Below, piece by piece: positions 25,860-37,366 of a stretch of 64,000 nt of DNA; positions within the stretch are counted from its first letter, which is position 1; each line of letters opens with the position of its first letter. The stretch covers positions 78,781 to 142,780 of the forward strand of contig JAAFIG010000002.1 in the NCBI GenBank assembly GCA_013298595.1, given 5' to 3'. This DNA comes from Deinococcales bacterium. GTDB taxonomy: Bacteria; Deinococcota; Deinococci; Deinococcales; JAAFIG01. Made by a program: the position numbers and the translations under genes. The notes beneath the pieces were generated by a model. It ran no database searches. It saw nothing but the letters and a program-made list of their open reading frames with translations, and was not told the DNA's origin.

Positions 25860-26780
25860 TTAATCACGTGGGTAAAGTAGTTTTGCAGTTGCAATCCATC
25901 CCTCACGGGCACTTGGATACTTTGGAACCCAGCCAGTTGCAATGCAAAAGCGTTTGTTACTCACGCGTAATGACCATGTAAGTGACGTTGAACGATCACC
26001 AAGCAGTAATGCTGCTCGTCCAGGAACGCGTAACCAAGCTGTTTTACCAGCAGCGGCTGCAAGTGCATTGGCATATTCACGCTTTTGTAAAGGTTCATCA
26101 TCAACGATATTGTACGTTCCCGCTGCTACATTTAAAGCTGCGACTACAGCTGTATCTGCGTCGCTCACGTGAATAGATGACACGTATCCGTTAGGCGATC
26201 CCATTTGTACACAGATATGATGGCGAGCCAATGCCAAAAATTCTTCGCTGTGTTTTGCGCCCGGTCCGTAAAACCAACCAAACCGTAATACAACACCTAT
26301 GCTTCCACTGGTTGTAAAACGATTTGCATTTGCTTCGGCAGCCAGATTAGCTCGAGCCATTGGATACTGGTCCGTTGGCATAGCCTCGTCAATCCAAGCT
26401 GAACCATTATCTGGATAAAGCATGCTGACCGACTCTTGGATAACTCGAGTAACACCTGCGGCAAGGGCAGCATCTACGATGGCGGTTGAACCTTCGACTC
26501 GAACTTTTTCGTTTGCAACCCAAGCATTTGAATTCATAAACTGAGCTGTCGGTGGAATAGCAGAGGTTAAGTTGATAACTGCGTCTTGCCCTTTAAACAC
26601 TTTGGTCAAGGCTGACCTGTCAAACACGGATACATTGACTGCTTTTGCGCCTTGAAGCTCGAGCATGGCGGCTTTTTCTGATGTTCGTGCCAGTGCAGTG
26701 ACTGTATGCCCAGCATCAATGAGTGCTTGAGTGGCATATTTACCACTTGCACCTGTGCCACCAGCAATGAATACCTTCAT
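25860..26780 (-). CDS. NAD(P)-binding SDR/NmrA-like oxidoreductase
   Basis: MKVFIAGGTGASGKYATQALIDAGHTVTALART is a Rossmann GxxGxxG motif. About 306 aa. Confidence 0.8.
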   Translation of the reverse strand: MKVFIAGGTGASGKYATQALIDAGHTVTALARTSEKAAMLELQGAKAVNVSVFDRSALTKVFKGQDAVINLTSAIPPTAQFMNSNAWVANEKVRVEGSTAIVDAALAAGVTRVIQESVSMLYPDNGSAWIDEAMPTDQYPMARANLAAEANANRFTTSGSIGVVLRFGWFYGPGAKHSEEFLALARHHICVQMGSPNGYVSSIHVSDADTAVVAALNVAAGTYNIVDDEPLQKREYANALAAAAGKTAWLRVPGRAALLLGDRSTSLTWSLRVSNKRFCIATGWVPKYPSAREGWIATAKLLYPRD

Positions 26781-26858
26781 TGTATTAAAGTAGCAGTGAT
26801 AGCTTAGGATTTTGCCCTCAACATGTTATTTTACTAAAAATGTGGAGCCAGATCAGTT

Positions 26859-27431
26859 TTATGGCTTTGGATGGATAATACGAGGAAGATTGTCTCGTCT
26901 CCAAGCATGATCATGTTCAAAGGTCGAACGCAACTTTTGCTGGCTGGCAAGCTCAAGGGCTGTAAATAAGATTGTTGCTTGTGGAAAACCTAGGCGTTTA
27001 CCGATGTCAGAAAGTTCTGTTATCGAAAGCTCCAAAGATTCGTAATACTCGATTAATAAGTGCGAAAGTAAGTACGCAAATTGCGAACCAAAATCTTTTA
27101 ATATCTGATCTTGTTCAAGTGCTAAGTAAACAAATTTTGCCTCGAGTGAATTTGATAAATACACATAGAAAAGGTTGGTGTGACTATCGCAAATCGGGGT
27201 GATTTCCCAACCTGCAAGACATTGGTATTTGTCAAAAATTTGGGGTAAATAATGATAAGCAGCATCGGGTGGTTGCAGGATATCGCCAAGACCCACAAAA
27301 TTCTCGAGGTTATTGAATGCACTAAGAAACTCGAGTGGTACGCCAGCGGCGAGTAGTTTGCTCATTCGGTGTTCGTTGCTTGTGATCATAACGTTATCCA
27401 CGAAAACAAAGTTGCTCGAGTGCCCTATCAA
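26859..27431 (-). CDS. Hypothetical protein (possibly SUKH/SMI1-KNR4-like)
   Basis: Intact ORF. The weak resemblance to SMI1/KNR4 immunity-type proteins comes from pattern memory only. Confidence 0.35.
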   Translation of the reverse strand: MIGHSSNFVFVDNVMITSNEHRMSKLLAAGVPLEFLSAFNNLENFVGLGDILQPPDAAYHYLPQIFDKYQCLAGWEITPICDSHTNLFYVYLSNSLEAKFVYLALEQDQILKDFGSQFAYLLSHLLIEYYESLELSITELSDIGKRLGFPQATILFTALELASQQKLRSTFEHDHAWRRDNLPRIIHPKP

Positions 27432-27454
27432 CCGAGCTAAGGATAGAATATCGC

Positions 27455-28102
27455 ATGATGAAAAAAGTTTTATTTGTCTGGGGCGGTTGGGAAGGTCATG
27501 AACCTAAAGCTTGCACGGATTTATTTGCTTTGCATCTTGGGCAACTGGGGTACGATGTGATTGTTTCAGATTCCCTAGATTCGTATTTGGATGCAGATTT
27601 GATGGCTTCGCTTGATTTGATCGTGCAGTGTTACACAATGAGCCAAATAACCCCTGAGCAAGAACATGGTTTGCTCGAGACGATCAAAGCAGGTACGGGT
27701 TTTGCGGGTTGGCATGGTGGTATGATTGATGCGTTTCGCAACAGTACCGAGTACCAATTTATGGTGGGGGCACAGTGGGTGGCGCATCCTGGAAATATTA
27801 TTGATTACACAGTGCAGATTACCAAACCACTTGACCCAATTGTGGCTGGTTTAGCAGATTTTGCGATGCACTCCGAGCAGTATTTAATGCACATAGACCC
27901 AAGTCTCGAGGTGTTAGCCGCGACAACTTTTACTGCCGAGCATTGTGCTTGGATTGATGGTTTGGTCATGCCTGTTGCTTGGAAAAAACGTTGGGGGCAA
28001 GGCAAAGTTTTTGCTTGTGCCTTGGGGCATGTGCGTCAGGATTTTGATGTGCCAGAAGCTTTGGCAATTACTTTACGTGGGATGCAATGGGCGACGCGCT
28101 AA
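27455..28102 (+). CDS. ThuA-domain protein
   Basis: [15 protein letters not shown]...FAGWHGG...VAHPG matches the ThuA (trehalose-utilisation-like) family pattern. Confidence 0.7.
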   Translation: MMKKVLFVWGGWEGHEPKACTDLFALHLGQLGYDVIVSDSLDSYLDADLMASLDLIVQCYTMSQITPEQEHGLLETIKAGTGFAGWHGGMIDAFRNSTEYQFMVGAQWVAHPGNIIDYTVQITKPLDPIVAGLADFAMHSEQYLMHIDPSLEVLAATTFTAEHCAWIDGLVMPVAWKKRWGQGKVFACALGHVRQDFDVPEALAITLRGMQWATR

Positions 28103-31100
28103 GTTTTTCCACTGGTTGAGTTGGTGGTTTAGCCTCGAGAAACGGGCTTTCGATGTGCCGATAAGAAATACTGGCAGCAGTGTAGGCTAAGCCCAGTGCT
28201 AAACTGGCTAACCATAGAAACTCGAGTGGATTTTGAATGCCTGCGTAACGAAAATTTTCGTTGTGTAAAAAATTAATCAGCTCGAGAATTGGGAAGTGCC
28301 AGATGTAAAGCCCAAAGGATAATTTAGCTGTGAAACGCAAGAATGTATTGTCAAATAATTTACCGAGCACTCGAGAAAATGGCAGAGACACCAGCATAAT
28401 GGCAATACAAATCGGGAACCAAGGGTAACGGTATGGTTGGGCTTGGAAACTCCCAGCGTATTCGTCTGTGCCTTTACCAAACCACATAATGGCAATCATT
28501 CCGATCAATCCAAGTAGTGCTAGTGCGTCAAAGGCTGTGCTGGGTTGGCGTTCGCGGCGTTGTCTGTCCACAATAAAACCAGCTGCCAGCACACCAATAA
28601 TGTAATGGGCGAACATACCAATAGCGTTGTAATTAGGCATCCATTGTTTTGCCCCACCAACTAAGCCATGATCCCAACCACGATTAACATTGTCTGGAAC
28701 TAATCCCTCGAGAATCAGTTGGTTTGCCATCAGCACCACTGCCAGCACACAAAGCCAGAATTGCAGGGCAAAACGGAATCCTTTGGCTGGGTATTTAGCA
28801 AACATTAACCACATACCAAGTGGCATCAACATATAACAAAAGACTTCAAATCCGATGCTCCAGAGTGGTCCGTTCATTTCGACAGGAAACAGCGTGACAT
28901 AATGAAAAGCACTGGTAAAGGTTGCTCCAGAGAGCAGACGAATCCAGACTTTTTCGCCTTCACGCACAAAATACAATGCCAGTAAAAAACAAACAAATAA
29001 ACTAGCATAAAACCCAGGTACAATTCGCACAGCGCGCCGCCGCACATACTCGAGCATATTAGGTAATGGTTGAGCCGCTAAGTAAGCTTTCCAAAACGGA
29101 ATCGAAAGTAACATACCAGATAAAACAAAAAAAGCACTCACGCCAGCGCTGCCTTGCTCGAGAAAACCATCAATGGCTTGTACAGTGCTGTTGGCATTGC
29201 TTGCGTCAAAGCGTTGCCAGAGATGATGCAAAATCACCATTAAACATGCAATGGCACGGACACCATCGGCACCACTGAGGGTATTACTAAGCGGTTGGGT
29301 TGCCACTCGAGGGCGTTGTTGCCAGTCCTGCCAGATTTTCAGCCACCAAGCTGGTTGGGGTTGCCGATTCTCGAGATTGAGAGCTAAACGAATTTGTCCA
29401 GCGCAAATCAAAAAAGCCAACAATGGAATCAGGCTGGCAAGTGCCATACCAGTGGCATAGCCATTGCTATTTTTGGCTTGCATATACGATAAAATTTGTG
29501 AAACCATTTGTTGCTCGGGGGCTTTTAATAAAGCCAGTGCCACCGAATTATTATTCCAAACGGTGACAAAAGTAATTAAACCCAGTGTCGCCAGAGCTGG
29601 TCTGGCAATGGGTAACATGATTTGCCAATAAATACGTAAATCTGTAGCACCATCTATCCGAGCCGCCTCGAGTAAGGATTTTGGTACAGCACTTTGCACG
29701 TATTGCCGAATTAAAAACACACCAAAAGCACTGACCATACCGGGTACCCAAACAGCTCGGGCTTGGTCTATCCAACCAAGAATTGCCATGTTAATAGCGG
29801 TTGGAATCAGATTCATTAAACTTGGGAAAAGCATGATGCTCAGCACCACACCATATAAAAAAGCTTTATGACGAAACTCGAGTAAGGCAAAGGCAAATCC
29901 TGCTAGACTCGAGATGATTACAGCGCCAATGGTGGCGAGACTGGCAATGTAGGTGCTATTCCAGATGTTGCGCCAAAAAGTGGGTTGTTCCTCGAGCAGC
30001 AAAGTATAATTAGCACTAAGTGAATTACCAAAACCAAGCCATTGCCCCGAGTAACTATTGGTGGCATTGAGTAGTAAATTCAGCATTGGTAAAATAGCAA
30101 TGGCAAGTCCAACAAATAAAATAAATTTCATTATAATTCGCCACAGACTCGAGAAGCGCAGGGGAGAGGTATCGGCTTCGTTTAAAGCAGTGGTCTCGAG
30201 AGTGGTGAAATTACGTCCAACAAAGAAGTAGAAAATACCAACCAGCACAGCAATACCAGCGAAGAAAACCCAAGTTTGAGCACTGGCAAGTCCAAAATCG
30301 GTGTCCCAAAAAGCGGTGCGGATGATATAGGTTGGTAAATCTATGGTGCGAATATCGGATATTGGACCAAACCAAGTACCAACTGAAGTTTGTGTACCAC
30401 GCAAAAAACTCATGGTAAATGCCACAAAAATCATTGGGCGCATCATCGGTAAGGCAACATTCCAAAATAAACGCCAAAAATTTGCGCCGTCAAGTTGAGC
30501 CGCTTCGTATAAACTGCGAGGCACAATATTTAAGACCATTAAGTACAACAACACATTCCAGCCTGTGACATTCCATAATTGCGTAAAAGCAGCGGTAGCT
30601 TCGGAATAAAACCCTGCAATTGAAGGAATACTCGAGCCAATGATTGGTAATGAACTAAGAAAATCGTTGATTTGAATGAGAAAAGACCACAAAGCTGCAA
30701 AAATCGAAGCGAGCACCGCTGTAGCTGCTAAACTCGATGTCATAAAAGGCACAAAGAGAATCGCTGCGATGCTGCCTTGTACGCGTTTAAAAGCAGTATG
30801 TAAACAAAAAGCTAAAGGTATGGCGATCAGATGTTGACCAATGGCGGTAAATAAAGCTAAGCGCAATGAACGAAATAAACCTTGCCAGAAAATTGGGTCT
30901 TTGAGTGTGTAATCAAATGCCCATAAACCGTCAAAACGCATTTTGTTGATACCACTGGCAGGGTTCCATTCCATAAAAGAAACAAGCAGTGATAACCCAA
31001 GTGGGGCAAAAGCAAAGAGCACCAATAAAGTAAAGAACGGAGCAATAAACCAATAAGCACTACTTGAACGCATTGGTGATGATTTTGATTGAACTCGAGA

Positions 31101-31130
31101 AGATTGTTTTGGTAATGGCTGGGTGGTCAT
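28068..31130 (-). CDS. Triple fusion: MalF-type ABC permease + MalG-type ABC permease + acyltransferase-3 domain
   Basis: AGGAG RBS before MTTQPLPK. First EAA loop [25 protein letters not shown]; second EAA loop [25 protein letters not shown]. The C-terminal ~400 aa has [17 protein letters not shown]...[16 protein letters not shown], typical of membrane O-acyltransferases (acyltransferase_3). Confidence 0.8.
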   Translation of the reverse strand: MTTQPLPKQSSRVQSKSSPMRSSSAYWFIAPFFTLLVLFAFAPLGLSLLVSFMEWNPASGINKMRFDGLWAFDYTLKDPIFWQGLFRSLRLALFTAIGQHLIAIPLAFCLHTAFKRVQGSIAAILFVPFMTSSLAATAVLASIFAALWSFLIQINDFLSSLPIIGSSIPSIAGFYSEATAAFTQLWNVTGWNVLLYLMVLNIVPRSLYEAAQLDGANFWRLFWNVALPMMRPMIFVAFTMSFLRGTQTSVGTWFGPISDIRTIDLPTYIIRTAFWDTDFGLASAQTWVFFAGIAVLVGIFYFFVGRNFTTLETTALNEADTSPLRFSSLWRIIMKFILFVGLAIAILPMLNLLLNATNSYSGQWLGFGNSLSANYTLLLEEQPTFWRNIWNSTYIASLATIGAVIISSLAGFAFALLEFRHKAFLYGVVLSIMLFPSLMNLIPTAINMAILGWIDQARAVWVPGMVSAFGVFLIRQYVQSAVPKSLLEAARIDGATDLRIYWQIMLPIARPALATLGLITFVTVWNNNSVALALLKAPEQQMVSQILSYMQAKNSNGYATGMALASLIPLLAFLICAGQIRLALNLENRQPQPAWWLKIWQDWQQRPRVATQPLSNTLSGADGVRAIACLMVILHHLWQRFDASNANSTVQAIDGFLEQGSAGVSAFFVLSGMLLSIPFWKAYLAAQPLPNMLEYVRRRAVRIVPGFYASLFVCFLLALYFVREGEKVWIRLLSGATFTSAFHYVTLFPVEMNGPLWSIGFEVFCYMLMPLGMWLMFAKYPAKGFRFALQFWLCVLAVVLMANQLILEGLVPDNVNRGWDHGLVGGAKQWMPNYNAIGMFAHYIIGVLAAGFIVDRQRRERQPSTAFDALALLGLIGMIAIMWFGKGTDEYAGSFQAQPYRYPWFPICIAIMLVSLPFSRVLGKLFDNTFLRFTAKLSFGLYIWHFPILELINFLHNENFRYAGIQNPLEFLWLASLALGLAYTAASISYRHIESPFLEAKPPTQPVEKLSASPIASHVK

Positions 31131-31194
31131 AAGTACTCCTCGAGTTGAACACAAAACTTTTTAAACAGATACTTGGTAACTATCTGGTGCGATT

Positions 31195-32691
31195 TTATAC
31201 GCCTGTTTGATTTGATGAATTTGAAAAGCCTTTTACTGCTGCAAAACCATGCTTGAAATTGTCATAAGCTGCTTCTAAGGTACTATCTCGAGCAATTTCG
31301 ACTAAAGCTGATTGTGGGGCTGTGGCTGCTAAGGCTGTGGCAACATTGGCATACAAACCAGCGCCAACCAATCCAAGAATGGCTGCCCCTCGAGCTGGAC
31401 CTTCTTCGAGGGCTGGTTTTTCGAGCGGAACGCCTAAGGCATTACCAATAATTGCTTGCCAGAGGCTCGAGCGAGTACCACCGCCAACAGTTAAGAGTTT
31501 ATTGGCTTTTGCAATCGGGTTCATCACTTCGAGGGTGTCGCGTAAACTAAAGGCAACCCCTTCAAGAATGGCTCGAGTCATATGCCCGCGAGTATGGGCA
31601 AGGCTTAACCCTAACCACGAGCCACGTAGATTTGGGTCGAGGTGTGGGCTGCGTTCACCTGCTAAGTATGGCATCCAGACCAAACCTTCCGAGCCACTCG
31701 CTACATTGCCAGCCTCGAGCATTAATTCGTCAAAAGGGACATCTTTGGCAAGGGTATCGCGGAACCATTGCAAACTGCCAGCTGCACTAAGGGTGCAACC
31801 TAAAAAGAAATAGCCACCATCGGCATGGCAAAATAAGTGCACACGTCCGTTGGGTTCAGCAATCGGTTGCTCGAGTGGTACAACAATCACACCACTTGTA
31901 CCCAGTGAAACACTACCGACCCCTGGTCTGGCACTGGAAACACCCAACCCAATTTGTGCACCAGCATTATCACCCGCTCCTGCCACCACAGGAATACCTG
32001 CGGGCAAGCCTGTCTCGAGCGCCCAAGTGTCCGATAAGCCACCAACAACACTATGTGAGGGTTGGACAGTTGGGAAAAGGCTCGAGTCGAGTTTAAGGGC
32101 ACTCAGGATGTCTGTATCCCAAGTTCGTGAAGCCAAGTTCAAAGCACCAACACCACTGGCATCAGAAGGGTCGGCTGCAATCACACCCGTTAGAGCAAAA
32201 TTGAGATAATCCTTAGGCAGTAAAACATGGCGAACTCGAGCGTACACATCGGGTTCGGCTTGGCGTAACCAAACCAACTTAGGCAATTGAAAACCGGTCA
32301 CTGCTGGATTCCCTGTGCGTTGAATCAACTCGAGACGCGGAATGGCAGCCTCAATTTCAGTGCAAGCTGCGCCAGTTCGTTGATCGTTCCAAAGCGGGGC
32401 AGGGCGCAAAACATTCATCTTTGCATCCAAAAAAACTGCGCCGTGCATCTGTCCAGCCACACCAATAGCCACAACCTCAAACTTTCCCTCGAGTTGCGGT
32501 ATTAACGTTTTAAGCGCAGATTTTGTACCCTCAAGCCAATCAGTAGGATTTTGCTCAGTCCAACCCGGATGTGGCGTAAACAACGGATAAGACGCACTCG
32601 CTTCAGCCACACTCGAGCCATCCTTGGTCACTGCCATGATTTTTACACCACTTGTACCAAGGTCAATACCAATTGAAACAGGTTTAGACAT
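31195..32691 (-). CDS. xylB: Xylulokinase
   Basis: FGGY kinase N-terminus [17 protein letters not shown], about 498 aa, adjacent to xylA. Confidence 0.85.
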   Translation of the reverse strand: MSKPVSIGIDLGTSGVKIMAVTKDGSSVAEASASYPLFTPHPGWTEQNPTDWLEGTKSALKTLIPQLEGKFEVVAIGVAGQMHGAVFLDAKMNVLRPAPLWNDQRTGAACTEIEAAIPRLELIQRTGNPAVTGFQLPKLVWLRQAEPDVYARVRHVLLPKDYLNFALTGVIAADPSDASGVGALNLASRTWDTDILSALKLDSSLFPTVQPSHSVVGGLSDTWALETGLPAGIPVVAGAGDNAGAQIGLGVSSARPGVGSVSLGTSGVIVVPLEQPIAEPNGRVHLFCHADGGYFFLGCTLSAAGSLQWFRDTLAKDVPFDELMLEAGNVASGSEGLVWMPYLAGERSPHLDPNLRGSWLGLSLAHTRGHMTRAILEGVAFSLRDTLEVMNPIAKANKLLTVGGGTRSSLWQAIIGNALGVPLEKPALEEGPARGAAILGLVGAGLYANVATALAATAPQSALVEIARDSTLEAAYDNFKHGFAAVKGFSNSSNQTGV

Positions 32692-32766
32692 AATGCCTTT
32701 CATGCAATTCTGCGTGGGCGAGGCATGCCTTGTCCCTACGGGTAGAATCAATAGGATGATAAATCT

Positions 32767-33927
32767 TTAACGAGTACCTAGCAAAACTTCCATCGTCAAT
32801 TGATCTAAACGTTCCAAACCAGGTCCACGAGCACCTAGGGCAGCCCGATCAAAGGTGTGGGCTTTGAGGTTAGCAGCATTGTCGCGGCTAAACTTAGCCG
32901 TTAAACCAGAAACAATTGGGTCTTTGAAATGGTAATGCTCGAGTAAAGCTTTGATTTCGCTATCAGCATGAAATTGTTTGACTTTTTCTGCCAAAATTAA
33001 GTAGGTTCGCATGCAGCCTTTAGCAAAATCCCAGACTCCAGCTTCATCTTCGGTACGTAATGCGTGAGCATCGAAGTGTTTCATGCCTGTGTAACCTGTA
33101 TCCTCGAGCAATTTGACCAGCAAAAAGGCTTGTTTAATGTTTTCTGCACCAAAGCGTAAATCCTGATCAAAACGACCCATTTTCTGATCGTTTAAGTCAA
33201 TGTGGAACAGTTTTTTAGCATCAATAGCTTGGGCAACTGCGTGCACAAAATTAAGACCTGCCATGGTTTCGTGGGCAACTTCTGGGTTTAAACCAAATAA
33301 ATCTGGTTTATCAAGGGTGTAAATAAAGGCAAGAGCAGCACCAACCACTGGAAAGTAAATATCGCCACGAGGTTCGTTTGGTTTTGGCTCGAGTGCAAAT
33401 TTATACCCATACTTTTGATCTTCGCTGTACTCAGCTAAGAAATTCATGGCTTCACGCATGTACTCGAGGGCATTGAGTGTATTGCTACCTGCGTCTACTT
33501 CTGCGCCTTCACGACCACCCCAGAAAACATAGGTTTTTGCACCAAGTTCGGCACCTAAATCCATAGCGTTCATGGCTTTTTGAATCGCATAACCACGAAT
33601 CCGAGCATTCGCATTGGTAAATGCACCATCTTTGAAGGCAGGGTCGCCGAACAGATTGGTGGTTGCCATTGGCACTTTCATCCCTGTTTCGGATAGGGCT
33701 TTTTTGAAATCACGCAGAATTTGATCGCGTTCGCCTGAGGTTGCGTCAATTGGAATTAAATCGTTATCGTGCAAATTCACACCATATGCACCAAGCTTGG
33801 CGAGTTTATGAACAATATACGGTGCGCTTAGTGGTTGACGAGTTGGATTACCAAATGGGTCGCGTCCGATATTGCCAACAGTCCAGAGTCCAAAAGTAAA
33901 GTGATGTTCAGGTTTTGCTTCGTACAT
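32767..33927 (-). CDS. xylA: Xylose isomerase, short class I
   Basis: 386 aa. [18 protein letters not shown] and [13 protein letters not shown]-type motifs (here [15 protein letters not shown]). Confidence 0.9.
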   Translation of the reverse strand: MYEAKPEHHFTFGLWTVGNIGRDPFGNPTRQPLSAPYIVHKLAKLGAYGVNLHDNDLIPIDATSGERDQILRDFKKALSETGMKVPMATTNLFGDPAFKDGAFTNANARIRGYAIQKAMNAMDLGAELGAKTYVFWGGREGAEVDAGSNTLNALEYMREAMNFLAEYSEDQKYGYKFALEPKPNEPRGDIYFPVVGAALAFIYTLDKPDLFGLNPEVAHETMAGLNFVHAVAQAIDAKKLFHIDLNDQKMGRFDQDLRFGAENIKQAFLLVKLLEDTGYTGMKHFDAHALRTEDEAGVWDFAKGCMRTYLILAEKVKQFHADSEIKALLEHYHFKDPIVSGLTAKFSRDNAANLKAHTFDRAALGARGPGLERLDQLTMEVLLGTR

Positions 33928-33994
33928 AGTGCCTCCAAATAGGTTTGAGCTTGCTCGAGGATACAGGATAATGTCATTGTTTGTTCACCCCAGT

Positions 33995-35620
33995 TTACGA
34001 AATTGGGGTGTACACAAACAAATCAAAATCGGCAGAAGCCTTAGTACCTGCTAAATCCTGAGCGCACAAGCCAATGAACGCACCTGTGAACGATAAACCA
34101 TTGCAGTAATCATCGGAGAGTTTATAGGTTTCAAAATCGGCACCAATACGTTGCCATGTTGTGCCATCACTCGAGTATTCAAAATGAAAGTGGTGTTTTG
34201 CAAAAACAACTTTTAAGTGAACACTCTGCCAACCTTCAATACCGATTTCTTGCTCGAGTGGTTCGCTGTAATTACCTGCATCGAGTACTAAGATACTCAG
34301 GGTTTTACCAAGTTTTTCATCTCTCGAGACCCGCAAGTAAACCCAGTGTTTACTATCGTAAAAAGCCACCATACCAGCCATTTGTTGGAAGTGCTGCGGT
34401 TCAAACTCGAGTTTGGTACTGGCAGTGGCATGGAAATCTTGTAAACGCCGAGCAATCAGGCTTTGGTCGTGGTTGCTTGTTAGGCTTTCGCGTCCGTATA
34501 AGCGCAAAAACCCTGGGCGATCAGTTAACGATAACCAACTGGAATCCACAGGGATACGTAAACTCTGCCAATCTAAACGCAGTTCGGGTTGGTCAAAATG
34601 ATCTGTGGTTGGCTCGGTGCTCCACGGATGCGCCTCGAGTTTTGGTGCAGGAGCAAGGCGATGAGGTGTGTTACCGCCACCTTGCACATAGAGCCAATCA
34701 TCATCATGCCACTCCATAGCTTGTAAACTGGTTTCCCGACCAAGTGGGCAATAACCGCGTTCAAGTCCTGCCTCGAGTGGTCTGCCACACAAATGCGCTA
34801 AGTACCATTCATCATTTTGGGTTTGCACAAGGCTGGCATGACCAGCTTTACGAATCTCGAGATGCGGATGCCCCCACGAACTTAACAACGGATTATTGGG
34901 ATGAATTTCGTACTCACCATCAAGGGTTCTCGAGCGTGCCAGCGAAGCTGCGTGCTCGTAGCTAGTGCCACCTTCAGCGGTTAAAAGGTAGTACCAACCA
35001 TTGCGTTTATAAATATGTGGACCTTCGACTAAACCAAGGGGGGTACCTAAGAAAATATTTTTAGTCTCACCCACCAGTTTTTGCTGTTTAGCATCGTATT
35101 CTTGTAGTAAAATTCCACTAAACTGATTTTTGCCAACTCGATGATCCCAAAGCATATTGACCAACCACTTACGACCATCGTCATCGTGAAATAAACTCGG
35201 ATCAAAACCACTCGAGTTTAAATAAATTGGTTCTGACCATTCACCTTCGATATCGGTGGCTGTGACCAAATAATTATGCGAGTCCTTAAATGGACCCGAA
35301 TTCCAAGTTCTCACATTGGTGTAAATCAAATGAAATTTTTCGCCATCATGGCTTAAACATGGTGCCCAAATCCCACAAGAATTAGGGTTACCTCGCATAT
35401 CAAGTTGGCTCGAGCGGCGCAAAGGCGATTTTACGGTGCGCCAATGAATTAAATCGCGGCTATGATGAATCCGTACACCAGGAAACCACTCAAAAGTACT
35501 TGTAGCCAAGTAGTAATCGTTACCAACCCGCAGAATACTGGGGTCTGGATGAAAGCCTGTCAGCACTGGGTTGCTGATATGAGTCATGACAGAAGATGGT
35601 GGGTTAAGCAGTTGTGTCAT
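33995..35620 (-). CDS. GH43 beta-xylosidase/alpha-L-arabinofuranosidase (XynB-like)
   Basis: NPVLTGFHPDPSILRVGNDYYLATSTFEWFPGV is the GH43 XynB-type N-terminus, with a C-terminal beta-sandwich domain. The start could also be the Met at 35587. Confidence 0.85.
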   Translation of the reverse strand: MTQLLNPPSSVMTHISNPVLTGFHPDPSILRVGNDYYLATSTFEWFPGVRIHHSRDLIHWRTVKSPLRRSSQLDMRGNPNSCGIWAPCLSHDGEKFHLIYTNVRTWNSGPFKDSHNYLVTATDIEGEWSEPIYLNSSGFDPSLFHDDDGRKWLVNMLWDHRVGKNQFSGILLQEYDAKQQKLVGETKNIFLGTPLGLVEGPHIYKRNGWYYLLTAEGGTSYEHAASLARSRTLDGEYEIHPNNPLLSSWGHPHLEIRKAGHASLVQTQNDEWYLAHLCGRPLEAGLERGYCPLGRETSLQAMEWHDDDWLYVQGGGNTPHRLAPAPKLEAHPWSTEPTTDHFDQPELRLDWQSLRIPVDSSWLSLTDRPGFLRLYGRESLTSNHDQSLIARRLQDFHATASTKLEFEPQHFQQMAGMVAFYDSKHWVYLRVSRDEKLGKTLSILVLDAGNYSEPLEQEIGIEGWQSVHLKVVFAKHHFHFEYSSDGTTWQRIGADFETYKLSDDYCNGLSFTGAFIGLCAQDLAGTKASADFDLFVYTPIS

Positions 35621-35657
35621 GGGTTGCTCCGACGGGTTGGTATTCGCATGTTTTCTC

Positions 35658-36728
35658 CTATTGCTGTATTGTTCGTTTACCACGATTCATCATTAATTTT
35701 AATGAGCTTCGCATACGTTCCAAAGCGTCACTTAAATCAGCAATTTCATCATTTGAAGTAGCGGTTATAACTTGTTCAAGATCACCATCAGACATGGTGT
35801 TCGCTTGTTGGGTTAAACGAGTAATAGGTTGTACGATTCTCGAGATCAAACCAAATGCCAGCAGCGCTGTGATCACAATAGCAATTAGTACCGCCAGAAT
35901 TGTTGGGATTAAAGTTCGTAATAAGTCGGCTTGGGTTCGGTCTTGTTTTAAGCCCACAAATATTCTACCGCTACCAACTCCGTTACCAACCGAAACAATA
36001 CCAACGGTGTAATCAACACCTTGGATGTTAAGTATGGCTGTTTGACTATTGCTTGAATCCCCAGCTCGCACATTAACCGAAAGTTTGCGTAGACGTTGAT
36101 TAAGGTCTTGTTGTAATGCAGTTGTATCATCTTCTTGTAAACGACTTTCAAAAGCGATAATGCCACCTTGTGAAACACCAGCAAAAGCCACAGCGGGGAT
36201 TTGTCTACCAAGTCCACGAATGACACGTTTGACCTCTTTTAAGTCATCTGGTTCATCCAGAGCAAAATTAATAACTTCAGTAATCGCAATACCACCTGCA
36301 ATAGATGCTGATAAAGCACGATCACGTAATTGGGCATCGAAAATTCCAGGTAGTGTCCAGAGCAAATACCCAGCTAAAGCCAAACCAGCAATCAGCAGTG
36401 GTGCTAAAGCACTTAACAAAATGCGTTGCCCCAAGCCTCGTCGAGCTTTACGTGGAGCAGCAATTTGACTACTACCAGCTTCAGCAACAGCTGCCATTGT
36501 TTCTGGGGCGCTGACAGAAACACGCACACCCAAATCGCTCAAGGTTTTAGCCACTTGTTGGGCTTGGAATTCGTTTGGTGCTCGAGCAATGACAGAACCA
36601 GTTTGACGTTCGAGTAAAGCTTCAAGTTGTTGTACCGAAATACCCAGTTGTTTGGCAGCATTCAGGGCAATGCGATTACGCAGTGTCGGGTCTTGGATTG
36701 GTTCTTGTAAGTAAATGGTAAAAATCAT
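35658..36728 (-). CDS. Membrane protein with C-terminal HAMP domain only
   Basis: Two predicted TM segments flank a periplasmic-type region. The HAMP-like segment is IVQPITRLTQQANTMSDGDLEQVITATSNDEIADLSDALERM. There is no output domain. Confidence 0.65.
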   Translation of the reverse strand: MIFTIYLQEPIQDPTLRNRIALNAAKQLGISVQQLEALLERQTGSVIARAPNEFQAQQVAKTLSDLGVRVSVSAPETMAAVAEAGSSQIAAPRKARRGLGQRILLSALAPLLIAGLALAGYLLWTLPGIFDAQLRDRALSASIAGGIAITEVINFALDEPDDLKEVKRVIRGLGRQIPAVAFAGVSQGGIIAFESRLQEDDTTALQQDLNQRLRKLSVNVRAGDSSNSQTAILNIQGVDYTVGIVSVGNGVGSGRIFVGLKQDRTQADLLRTLIPTILAVLIAIVITALLAFGLISRIVQPITRLTQQANTMSDGDLEQVITATSNDEIADLSDALERMRSSLKLMMNRGKRTIQQ

Positions 36729-37366
36729 GATTTTGCCCCACTTAACCCAGCTTTTTTGAGTGCAGTTTCTAGTCTTGCATGGGTGCTTGGATCATTGACA
36801 ATCTGACCAAGTGTCTCGAGTAATGTAGGTAAGTGTTGTTGTGGTAATGCCACTAATTCCCAACCAAGTTCGGCGGCGGCATCCTCGAGTACCAGACCAC
36901 CAGCAGGTCCGAGGGCTTCAATGGCGACTCGGGTTAAGGTAGTTAACATATTAGCAGTGATTGGTTTTTCAGTGGCACTGTTGTTGCCTTCACCTGTGGT
37001 GACTGTAATACTATTTTCGGTTTTTGCTATTTGTGTTTCACCACTGACATGGGTTGGGTGTTTACGGGTATGTCCAACAGCAATACGGCTAAAACTATCA
37101 ACAATGGTACGGGTTTGGCTTTCTAAACCTGATTCAAATTGGTAATCGGCAAATTCGACATCTAAACAAGTAAATAAGGCTTCTGAACCGCTCGAGGTAT
37201 CGGTTTGGGCATGAATAACCCAACCTGTGCGAATAAAAATTTCGGCTCGAGTTTCTGGCATTTGTAAAGATAAACGCCCAGTCACATTAGATGTAATAAA
37301 TTCACGTAATAAATCGACTAAACGACCACGAAATTGTCCTTGATATGCCAAAACAGCGGACATCAT
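36725..37366 (-). CDS. DUF4388-domain protein
   Basis: GRLVDLLREFITSNVTGRLSLQMPETRAEIFIRTGWVIHAQ...GSEALF matches the DUF4388 pattern. Coupled to its neighbours (TAATG and ATGA overlaps). Confidence 0.6.
   Translation of the reverse strand: MMSAVLAYQGQFRGRLVDLLREFITSNVTGRLSLQMPETRAEIFIRTGWVIHAQTDTSSGSEALFTCLDVEFADYQFESGLESQTRTIVDSFSRIAVGHTRKHPTHVSGETQIAKTENSITVTTGEGNNSATEKPITANMLTTLTRVAIEALGPAGGLVLEDAAAELGWELVALPQQHLPTLLETLGQIVNDPSTHARLETALKKAGLSGAKS

Noticed and set aside
25184-25860. Possibility of an intact IS3-family insertion sequence
   Set aside because: Only the OrfA-like HTH gene is present. No frameshift site, DDE OrfB or terminal inverted repeats follow. The gene is stop-start coupled to the upstream cargo operon, so it is treated as a recruited HTH protein or an IS remnant.
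25895-25975. CRISPR-repeat-like fragments (CCCTCACG at about 25903; CTCACGCGTA at about 25957) just outside the element
   Set aside because: Only 8- and 10-nt cores match; the flanks match 4 of 11 and 4 of 8 positions. Both lie inside the SDR coding frame. A 10-mer hit against seven repeat variants in 128 kb of two-strand sequence is plausible by chance.
26466-26482. 13 of 17 match of the 17-bp spacer 6 within the SDR gene (GCAGCATCTACGATGG)
   Set aside because: Four mismatches in 17 nt include the centre. The site is more than 600 bp from the candidate end and is indistinguishable from chance.
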